A stretch of 64,000 nt of DNA from Selaginella moellendorffii (taxonomy: Eukaryota > Plantae > Lycopodiophyta), in the NCBI RefSeq assembly GCF_000143415.4, contig NW_003314342.1, forward strand, positions 161,299 through 225,298, in the 5' to 3' direction. How positions within the stretch are numbered: the stretch's first letter is position 1; each line of letters opens with the position of its first letter. Positions 23,949 through 34,133 of this stretch are shown here, in pieces. Under the pieces are notes generated by a model. It searched no databases, was not told where the DNA came from, and saw only the letters and a program-made list of their open reading frames with translations. The position numbers and the translations under genes were made by a program.

Positions 23949-25343
23949 ATGGAACAAGACCAACACCAGGTGAGTTCTTCTCCCAGCGGCAATCTCTTTC
24001 TTCTGATCTAACTTTGTTCTTATGTAGATCACTCAAGTAAACTACTTCTTCGTCTCCATCGTTTCTGGAGTCTTTGGGGTATCTTTCTCCCTTCTCTTAT
24101 CTCACCCAGAAGCCCAGTAGCTCTCTCTCTCTCTCTCTCTCTCGATCGCTAGTGCTAGTTAGACACCATTCTCAGACTTGCTCTTTCAGGTAGCGATCAA
24201 GAATGGGTTATACCAAGCACTCTCTTCCCAGCTGGAGGCTCCCTTCAGACAAATCCCAGCCAACATGGTAACTTAAGTCGGTATAAGAGCTTCTCTATGA
24301 TCCATGGTATCTGGCTTTGATCCTCAGCTGGGCTGCTTCCTGGTTGGATTCTTCACCAACAGCAACACATCTCTCCAAGTCGTGTTTGACAGTGTAACCA
24401 GTCTTGCGTTTTGGAACCAAGCTATGGCTACCAGCGCTCTCAACGGGAACTGGTTCTTCGCCCTCTCGAGTTTCATCACAGGTAACACTGCTATCAAGCT
24501 CATGGAAAGACTCTTGAGCACTGCAAACCATGTGTGCACATATGTAATGCAGGTCTCGAGCTCGCTTACATCTCTTACAAGATCGGCCTCGACACCGGTC
24601 TCATGTTCCACGACGCATTTGGATCGTCTCCCGAGAAGGAGAAGAAGAAGAAGATTTTTGCAGAGCCCAGCAAGTTCGTGGCCGCCACTTCTCTGTGGCT
24701 TCTCGTCGCAGTCCTGGCCGTGCTCGATCACCCAAGAAGAAAACTCTGGCTCGCCTGCCTCGTCGCGCCACTGGGAGCATGGACAAGGCACGCGCTCTCC
24801 GTGAAGCTCAACGATCATTGCAAGCTAGAGCTCTTTCCTTTGGGAACTTTGCTCGCTAATCTCTTATCCTCGCTCGCCACGCCAGGACTCCTTCTCGTAA
24901 AGATAACGGTACGTCCTCACGCGCTCTTTTGCAGTACACTGGGAAGTTCTCCCCCGCCACGGACACGGCGGTGTGATGTCTTCCTATATTCGCTGCTAAA
25001 ATGTGTGCGACTCACTTTCTTGTTTTTCCAGGACCCAGCAGCGATCGTGCTAGTAGCAACAGTGGACGCTTTCCAGGGAGGATTCGTAGATAGCATGGCT
25101 ACAATCTCCACAGTGATGGCCGAGGCACACTCACTCCACAAGAACAGCGGCAAAGATAAAGCCTGGCGAGCATATCTTTACGTGCTGCTCACAATGGTGA
25201 CTTGTTTTTGCGTCGTGGTGGCGCTAGTGGTGGCGCTAGTGGCGGCCATCACCTCCATCGCCACTAAGAGCTTCCCGGCCGTGGCCAACATCCAGGAATT
25301 CTCAAGCCCAAACGCCACTACTTCATCACTCTTCCTCGCTTAA
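23949..25343 (+). CDS. FEX: Fluoride export protein (FEX; two Fluc/CrcB domains), divergent
   Basis: Six GT-AG exons join in frame: 23949-23969, 24028-24078, 24190-24267, 24328-24481, 24553-24908, 25032-25343. Motifs IPANMLGCFLVG, FWNQAM..NGNW, WLACLVAPLGAWTR, FPLGTLLANL, ISTVMAE and WRAYLY match plant FEX. An in-frame stop at 23889 supports the ATG. Confidence 0.85.
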
Positions 25344-25661
25344 GAGCTTGAAAATTCTCTCTTCACATAATATAGAAGTATATATCGGTCAAAGGTCAAC
25401 GAGAGCCGGTCCAGGGAGCTTGACCAGTGGTTCTTGGGTGATCTTCAAATGAATCAGGCGAGAATGACGAGAGTTTGTCCTCAAGGATCGGGTGATCACG
25501 TCGATGGTGGTTTCGTCGATCCTCTTCGCTCGCTCGGAAGCGATCCCAAGCTTCCACCGTACGAAGAAAGATATAGATGATCTTGCTCGGCGCGAAGAAA
25601 CCTATAGATGACCTTGCTGGGCTCGCTCGAAGAAAGATATCGATGATCTTGCTTGGCTCGC

Positions 25662-28600
25662 TCATTTCTTCTTGCCGAATGTGTCCGCGCACGCTCGCTC
25701 CAGCATCATGATGAACTGGCTGACGATGTGGAAGATCTGGAACGCGGTGGCGTCGTCCTTCTTGGCATCGCCATCGAAGTAGACGTTGAGCTTCTTCACC
25801 GCCACCAGCACCGTGTCATACTCCTGCTTGACCCTCTCCACGCTGCTCACGGACCGTGACATAAACTTGGTCATCACGTCCAGGAACACGTCCTCCTCCT
25901 CTTCCTCCTCTCCCTTCTCCCGCGACGATGGTGCCGTGCCTCGCAACGCCGCCAGGCTCTTCTCGAGGCTTTGGAGCCCAGTAACCAGCTTGAACACGGA
26001 GTTCTTGAGCGTGTCGAAATCCTGCCCATCTGCCTTCCGGACGTTCTCCAGCTCCGCGTTGATCCCCAGGATGACTTGCGTGCCAATCTGTTTCAAGTCG
26101 TCTTGCATGTCCTGTCGCCCGGCTTTGTCGAGCTCCACCTGTTTGTTGTCGAGCATGAAGGAGGATGTGCGAGCCGGGCTTTGCGCGGTGGGAGACTTGC
26201 GGGCCTGTGCGTTCTCCGCCCGGACTACCTCCTGGACGATGAAATGGAGTAATGAGGTCTTGCCATCGACGCTTTTGACGTCCGAGAGCTTCAGGAGCGA
26301 GTTGAGCTTGAAAGCCTGGGCATCGCCCCTGAAAGTTCCCACGTTCATCCGGTTGCCAATTCTCAGGACGACTTGTAGTAGCTTCTTCAAGGACGGGCTG
26401 CCTTTGAGCTCAACGCATGCAGTCTGTAAGAGACGAAGATTGTTATTACAATGAGAAAGAGAAAAAACAAACGTACCTTGAAAATCTTTAGAGAATCCTC
26501 GACTTGCAAGAGCTCGTCCTCAAACTGCTCTTTGAACAGCATACTTTGAAGCCGTTGGAATGCGAAAGGAACTTCAATAATGCGCAAAAGGAATTGCTCC
26601 GCCAAGGTCAATTCGGCAAAGTTTCCCTTGAAATTCCGCAACCTGCGTTCCTCTTCATCGGTGGGTGCCATCTTCGTCAATGCCTCCAGTGATTCGACAG
26701 AAAGGCCGTCACCTGTTGCCAAAAGAGCATTAGTCTTTCATAATATAAATGCAACTAGGAAAAAGAAAAACACAAACCTTCCAACAATGCGTCTTTTACT
26801 TCTTCTTTTCTTAATCCTAGAGCACGAAGCTGAATTGCCATGGTATGAGCTTTCCTTGCGTCAATAAGCTGTTCTTTCTTTGGTTGAGCCGGCGCACGAG
26901 AAGCTCCTGCCAGCTTGCCACCAGCAGGCGGTGCAGCGAGGCCAAACAGAGACTCCATCATCTCTTCGTCAACTCTGTTGTACAATTCCAACGGTCAGAT
27001 AACAGCAACAACGAAAACACTGCGCGTCTACTTACTCAAACGAGCCACTGATGTTGTTCCACACCATGGAGTGATCTGGATTGGCCTTGATCTTGTCCCA
27101 GAAAAGTGGTTTCAACTTCTGAGCTGTCTTGGCCTCTGAAGGTGAGGATGTCCCAACCGTAAGCTTTGGCTTGCCAAATGCAGGAGGGCCAGGAGGCGGC
27201 GCACCTGGCGGACCTGGAGGCGGTGGAGGGCCTCTCAAACCTGGCGGCGGCGGCGGACCGGGTGGTGGTGGCGGCCCCGGAGGCCTTGGACCCGGTGGAG
27301 GTGGCGGCGGAGCTCTCGAGCCTGGTGGTGGAGGTGGCCGAGGTGGCCCTGGAGGTGGTGGTGGTGGCGACGGACGCGGCCCAGGTGGTGGCGGTGGTGG
27401 TGGTGATGGACGCGGGCCAGGAGGTGGCGGTGGTGGTGGTGGCGACGGACGCGGGCCAGGTGGTGGCGGTGGTGGTTGTGGTGGTGGTGGACGCGGGCCA
27501 GGAGGTGGCGGTGGTGGTGGTGGTGATGGACGTGGTCCAGGAGGTGGAGGTGGTGGTGGTGGTGATGGACGTGGTCCAGGTGGTGGAGGTGGCGGCGGTG
27601 GTGCTGGACGTGGAGGCCCTGGACGTGGTTGTAGCGGCCCCGGTGGTGGTGGAGGCGGAGGTGACGGTCCTGGCGGAGGTCCTCGTGGTGGCGGCACGGG
27701 TAGAGGAGGAGGAGGCGCCGCCGGCGGTAAGAAAGCCTGCATTCCTTCCCGGCTTTTTGTCACTTGATCGTATCTAGCAGCAGACGATCGCCTGTTTGAT
27801 ACTTGAGCCGGCAATGCGTGCATTGCTTGCTCCGCTTTCGAAACACCAGCCGTAGTCCCTTCTTCGTCTGCCAAATCACTGTATCTCGAATTAGATCGAG
27901 CACCGGCTTGCTCTCGTTCCCCGGGTTGATCCAGATCATAGTCTCTAGAAAACCGAGTTCCAGCTTTCGGGCGATAGTGAGACGGAGGTGGCGGAAGGAC
28001 CGCTGTCTTCGCTGGTGGAACCGAGTGTGAAGCACGTAGCACCGACACCGACGTAGGCGTGGACAGTCCGGAAGCATCAAACTGATTTCCCTGCGACGGA
28101 ACTGGAGGAAGCCGGTGATGCGGAGGTGGCCGACGAGCTCCCTCGTCCGAATTCTCGCTCCAGTACAGACCCTTTGGTGGGATCAGCGGATTCACGTCCT
28201 TCTCGTTGCTGTGGCTGTTCTCATCCGGGACCAGCTTGGGCGTTCTAAACTTGCGGTAGCAGAAGAACAAAACTCCCACCACGATCAACGTAGCCACCAC
28301 CGTAATGGGAACTGCCACGGCCACTGCCGTAGCACGCGAAGGGCTGGACGAGCTTGCGAGGCTTGTCACAGAGTTGGGAGGACTTGCCTGTGAGAACGAT
28401 CGAGTACCTGGCATAGCTGGAGCCGACGGAGGTACACGGCCTGGAATGCTGGCTTCGTCTAAGCCGTCACCACTTGGGGATGGAGCTGGAGCTGGCGAGA
28501 CCGCATCGTCTTCTCCGAAAGGCCATCTAATGAATGGGACTTTGAGCCTTCGATTGACCTGGCAAGAAAGAGCAGATCAAACGCGCATTCTCTAGAGAGA

Positions 28601-28813
28601 GACTAAGAACAAGGAAGACAATTATTATATCTCGGGAACACATACCTCGACTGTTCTTAGGAAATTCCAGCGCAGCGAAACTCCCTCGGCAACCGTGGCC
28701 TCGCAATTCACTGCTCTAGCATCACATCCTTTGCCGATCGAAGCCGCTGCCGCGTGAGCGATCGATAGAACCACGGCGACGAGAAATATCGCCCAGACCC
28801 TGTCCCTGTCCAT
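25662..28813 (-). CDS. Class I formin (signal peptide, TM helix, Pro-rich FH1, FH2)
   Basis: Signal peptide MDRDRVWAIFLVAVVLSIAHAAA; TM AVAVAVPITVVATLIVVGVLFFCY; long polyproline FH1; FH2 motifs KLKPLFWDKI, KMAPTDEEE and GNRMNVGTFRGDAQAFKLNSLLKLSDVKSVDGKTSLLHFIVQE. Multi-exon. Confidence 0.95.
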
Positions 28814-29293
28814 CAATCCCTGCTAGAAACCCCTTGGCGAGGCGAAATCTATCTCCCGCCCCGCATCGATCATCGAAAACCCTAAGCCGCAAGCCGCCTT
28901 GACAGCAGCGTTGAATCGGTCGCTGGCACGCGCGATGAATGAGCTCCTCCAGAGATCTAGGAAGATTGGCGAGAGAAAGCTCTCTTCTAGAAAAACCAAG
29001 AAACCCTCGTATCTTACGAGCTTCCACCGTGTAGACCAGGCCAGCCGAGAAGGAGCCGTTGGCCTCTATTGACATTAAAGAGTCGCCGGTTCGAATCCGG
29101 TCAAGCAAAAACGCCACACAACGGTAGTCTTGGAGCGTTAAAATTCGTTAAGATTGGAGAGAAGCTCCAAACTAATGGGAGTTTCCCCAGTGATCTCCTG
29201 TCAACGAGGAACTCTCATTAAATTCGATGGATGGAGTGTCCTTGTTTTTTTTCGTTCATAAGAGTGTTTCACGAGCGAACGAAACAAAAAAAA

Positions 29294-30072
29294 AAACGCT
29301 AGCTTACCATTTCTCGTGATGAGTTGAGCTAAGATCTGTCCTTGACAACGCGGAGCAGTCGTGTAAGATCAGAGACTGGAAAGAAAGAGTAAAGCTGAGT
29401 AATGGAGTAGCATTAGAGAGAACCTGTTTGTTCTTGTCAAATCTCGTACAAACGAGGATAAGTTCCTCTCCGCCCAAAACTTATCCTACAGGGATTGCAA
29501 AAGCCCGTTAGAATGTGGAGCTGTGAGAGCGGCAAAATTCCAGAACAGAAAGAAAAACACTAGTTTTGTTTACCATTTCTCGTGATGAGTTGAGCTAAGA
29601 TCTGTTCTTGACAACGCGGAGATTTTGGTAGCAGTCGTGTAAGACCAAAGACTGGAAAGAAAGAGTGAAATGGAGTAGCATTAGAGAATCACCTCACAAA
29701 GGAGGATTAGTTCCTCTCCACCCAAGGGATTGCAAAAGCTCGTTAGAATGTGGAGCTGTGAGAGCGGCAAAATTCCAGAAAAGAAAAAACGCTAGTTTTG
29801 TTTACCATTTCTCGTGATGAGTTGAGCTAAGATCTGTTCTTGACAACGCGGAGATTTTGGTAGCAGTCGTGTAAGACCAAAGACTGGAAAGAAAGAGTAA
29901 AGCTGAGATTAATGGAGTAGCATTAGAAAGAGTACCTGTTTGTTTTTGTCAAATCACCTCATAAACGAGGATACCATCATCTCCACCCAAAACTTATCAT
30001 CAAGGATTTTCCTGCAGGGATTGGAAAAACTCGTTAGAATGCGGAGCTGTGAGAGCGGCAAAATTCCAGAAA
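29294..30072 (-). repeat. Three tandem 230-280-bp units, each carrying an exon-like cassette
   Basis: TTACCATTTCTCGTGATGAGTTGAGCTAAGATCTG recurs at about 29304, 29570 and 29802. On the minus strand each unit has CTTTCTTTCCAG (acceptor-like) ... AAATG|GTAA (donor-like). Confidence 0.85.
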
Positions 30073-30562
30073 CCAGGAAAACAGCACTGGGCCAGCGCAC
30101 ACCTGAAACAAATCCGAGAGCCCGCATCACACTAGAAAAACCAAGACAATGCTTACGAAGTCGAGCCTTTGGCGATTGTCACTACAAAATCTTCATGAAC
30201 AACACTGTCGCTGCAATGACAAAACTAGGAAAAGAGAAAAGAAAAACTTGGGACACAAAGTCAACAAAAACAGGACACGCACGAAATAGATAAAACTCCA
30301 ATTGAAGCGATTACAGCAATAGCACAAGACAATGCAGTTTGCCAAGCAAACTAAATGCTGGTATGATACAAGTCAAGGGATTGCAACGATAATTTGCTCA
30401 CAGGATACAAAACACTGCCCACCTTAGCTGATAGTCGGGTTCTTGTCAGCCAAACTTGGTGTGACTGTCAATCAACAAACCACTGCAAAACAAAGAACTG
30501 CGAGTCAGCCAGCTTCTGTCTGTTATTTGCTTACCTTTCGCTTACCTTCACAAACTTTTTTC

Positions 30563-32442
30563 TCAATATGGCTTGTTTGGTTTGTTGTCTCGCTTGAGCT
30601 GAACTTTCAGCCGCTTTCCACTTAATTGAAACCCGTTCATGACATTGATGGCTGATTGAGCAGCCTCTGGCGAGTCATAGCTGACGAATCCTACAAAGGA
30701 CGCACAGGGAGGATTTAGTAAACATCGCAGCGAAGAGCAAGGCTCATTACCAAAACACTTGCTGATTCCGGTCGTTTTGTCGACAAATACTTTGGCGCTG
30801 ATAACGTTTCCAAAAGACGCAAATGCTGTGGAGAGTTCTGAATCACCAAACTCGGCAGGAATGTGGTAGATAAACAGATTTGCCCCCGGTGGACCTGGAA
30901 AACAAAAAAACAGAGAAAACAATTTGGAACTCTAGAAAAACAAAAACAAACAACAAGCCGAGAAAAGTACCTTCAGCTTGAGGAGTAATGCTGGCTTTAG
31001 CTTTTGGAGCGACTGGAGTGGAGTTATAGCCGACAACGGCTGTAGTAGTGGCACCCGCATATGCTTGTCCCAGCAAAGCTCCTTGATATGCTAATGGATA
31101 TTGTCGTCCAGCAACGTTGGAGAAAGCACTGTTTACATATCCAGCAGGCTGAACAGGAGTCAAAACCCCCGATCCTATGTCGGAGAGTGTTCCTGGTAGA
31201 GGTTGAGTGGTTCCTGTTGTCATTCCAGAGATTAGTGGCTGGTTCTGAAGGCTAGAGGCTGGGTAAGGAACAATCCCGTATGTTGAAGCCTGTAGGTGGA
31301 TTGTGAAACGTAGAGAATATATGAATGGACACAAACCTGATACGCAAATCCATTAAACTGAGGTGTCGCCAATGGAAGTGGTCCGAATGACGCAGACGCA
31401 GGTTGCTGGCCTGGCAAAGGAGCGGCCAAAGCACCGTTCGTTGCAGGAGATAGCGTTTGAGACTTTTGCATCTTTCGAGCTTGCCTTTCTTTCTCCGTGT
31501 CGGCCCATTTCACCACCAAGGCAGAAGACGCACCCTGAAAGCGCTGAATATAATATACCATCACGACAACTTCTCAAGCTACCTCCATTCTGTAAATTCC
31601 GTTCAAGGCCTCCACAGCACCGGCGGCCTCCTCCCTCGTCTCATACTTCAAAAACGCGCAAGCTGGGAATCGAAAAGCAACGATCATATCAGCTAAAGTC
31701 CCAAGAGCACGAGTAAAACTTGCCTTTAGCAGTTTGCTGGGAACCTTTGATGACTTGTAGCTCCTTGATGTTTCCATACTCCGAGAACACATCACGGACT
31801 TCGGCCTCCGTGACGGATTTTGGTAGCATTCCAATGAAGAGTTTGTGCTCTGAGAAGTCCAGAACTATAAGTCAAGTGTGGAAGAAAAGTACGAGCGGGA
31901 AAAAAAAAAAAACAGTACCTAAACGCTCCAGCTCGCCGTCAGCATATTTTACTTGCATCGGACTGTTCATCTACTCGACCAAAATCTGGAAATCGACTTA
32001 AAAACCGGACAAGAAAGAAAGAAAAAAAATCCATTACCGGAGAGATGGTTTTCTTGTTGTGGAACAAATCAATGGCATTGTCAGCCTCAGATCTCGAGCT
32101 GTAAGTAAGGAAGCAGCAGCCTGGAAGAAGAAGAAAAATCGATAAGATCTCAGCCAAAACACAGCAAAAGATAGAGAAAAGATTCCCAAATGCGATGAAA
32201 CAAACGAGACAAAGCTCTCGAAGCTAAACAAGAATTTCTAGCATGACACTAGCTCCTAGGCTAGAGATTTTACCTCGCGATTGCTTGGTGGACTTGTCCT
32301 TGATGATGTTGATGTCAAACACGGCTCCCGCCTCCTCAAAGATTGGAAGGAGCTCCTCCTGCGTCAAATGCTTGGGAATCTGACCTACAAAGAGCTTCAC
32401 GGCGTCGGGCGCCTTGCTCTTGACAGCCATAGCCAGGGCCAT
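30563..32442 (-). CDS. CELF/BRUNO-like RNA-binding protein with three RRMs (BRN1/BRN2-like)
   Basis: RRM1 [10 protein letters not shown]; RRM2 [10 protein letters not shown] and [16 protein letters not shown]; RRM3 [17 protein letters not shown]...[35 protein letters not shown]. Multi-exon. Confidence 0.93.
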
Positions 32443-32662
32443 GCAAATGCGAGGCTTCAAAGCAGCAAATGCCCGCCATTACCCGCCATAGATCCGTCGC
32501 GACACCGCCATTCCATTCCGGAATATGCCAACCGATGGATTCCGATTCCGGTCGCGAGGCGACGAGATGGACGGCCCCGATGGCGGCGAAAATCCACCAC
32601 AAACGCACAAGCACTATTAGGCGGCAAAGCGTCTGGGCAAATTCTAGGGCTCTTGGGAGACC

Positions 32663-34051
32663 ATGGCGTCGTTGTGCCCCAATTTCTCGTGCTCTCGGCT
32701 GCGATTTCCAGCTCGAAGGAGAAGAGGGACGATTCCCGTGGCAGCGATTGCGCAGCAGCAGCCGCCAGGTACCTGCATTGTGGGAATTTTTTCTCTCGCT
32801 GCCGAGATTGATCTGGCGTGGATTCCAGCAGATAGGCTCTCAGCGCAGGAATTCTTTGAGGCATTCTTGCGCAGCCGCAGAGGGAATGTGGATTTTATTT
32901 CCAGAGCGTCGGATATATTGTGGAAGAAGGAGCTCCAGGAAGAGGATGAGGCCAAGCTGGAACAAATCAGGACTCGTCTTGCAGAGAAACAAAAGGCAAG
33001 TGCTCCTCTCTATGACGTGCTGTCCTCTGATTTTTTTCCTTTCAAAGATGGACGATGATTCTTCCGAGGGTGGTGGATTTCTAAGGTTAAGTCAGGCCAA
33101 GAATTGGAGTTTGGGCCTGGATTCTACTGCTCCTGCGAATTATAACCAGAAGCTACTCGTGAGTATATCATTGTCACCAATTTATCCAGGCTTTGAAAGT
33201 TCTCTTTCAGGAAGCTGAGAAGGAAAGAGATGATTTTCGTCGTAAATGCCTGCTGGATTACGAAGCAGTAAGAATGTCTCTCATTTGGTTTTGGTTTTTT
33301 GTTACTTGTTGTAATGTGTGTTTTTGTAGTTGAAACGGGAGCTTTCACTCGTAACACTTGGCGTTGGACTCGTGACTGGTGTCTATTGTCTCGCTTTTTT
33401 ATCAACCGAGGTGTGTCAATCTCCTTCGTTTTCGTACTGTTAAGATATTTTGTGATTTTCAGACTGCTGTCAGCTATGAAATTGGTGTGTTTGGAAGGTA
33501 AAAAATTCATCTCATCTTTAACGTTCCTCGACTCAATCTAGTACTTCAGCTGGGTCTACTTGCAATTGCTTGCTAATCAAGTTGACAAGACGTCGGAACT
33601 GACGGTGCCACAGATTTTCACACAAAGGAAGAGAAGAAAGACGTAAGCAAGGACGTCTAAAGTTTTCTTGTTACAACTCTGTAGTTTGTGTCATGCAGGA
33701 TTGGATTCACTAGCAATGACCTCAGAGACTCCGTGGAGAAGAACTTGCAAGGCATTCGTTTTGCTCTATCGTCCCCACGGTTGCTACTGGTGGTTGCGTT
33801 TTATGGAGTATGGCTGGGCTCTTCTCAGTTAGGCCAAGATCTTCCCTTCAAACTGGAGGTATGATCCTCGATTACTTCCAGTGTGAAAGCTAAAAGACTT
33901 TTGTTATCAGATTGCTCCCATGCTGCTCGGCTTTTTTGCTTATAAAGCTGCTGCTCTTGTCCAAGCCTATCGTGACAACAAGGACCTCCTCATCACATTT
34001 CCAGCCAACAGCAGTGACAAAGAAGAGCTCGACAGAGAAGATGGCTATTAA
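32663..34051 (+). CDS. Putative plastid membrane protein with an AtpI/CGL160-like C-terminal TM domain
   Basis: Transit-peptide-like N-terminus (MASLCPNFSCSRLRFPARRRR). Spliced exons give VDFISRASDILW, GGGFLRLS, LDYEALKRELSL, ALSSPRLLLVVAFY and IAPMLLGFFAYKAAALVQAYRDN. Stop TAA at 34049-34051. Confidence 0.7.
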
Positions 34052-34133
34052 ATTCGTCGCCAGGTACATGTGTTGATCTAAAAGTTGAAAAAGTTTTGAT
34101 GGGCTGGTTTTCGACACTATCAGAACCACGTAG

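Noticed and set aside
25396-25692. 98-aa ORF with a duplicated PSKII.IFLR motif downstream of the formin
   Set aside because: It overlaps the formin stop and 3' UTR and reflects a roughly 30-bp direct repeat; no recognisable domain.
27129-27777. Gly-rich and Val-rich plus-strand ORFs
   Set aside because: Antisense shadows of the formin polyproline FH1 region.
29316-29910. Possible box C/D snoRNA cluster (GTGATGA ... CTGA in the repeated units)
   Set aside because: The D box is missing in one copy, and I see no terminal stem or recognisable rRNA guide. Minus-strand splice signals explain the conservation better. Not formally excluded.
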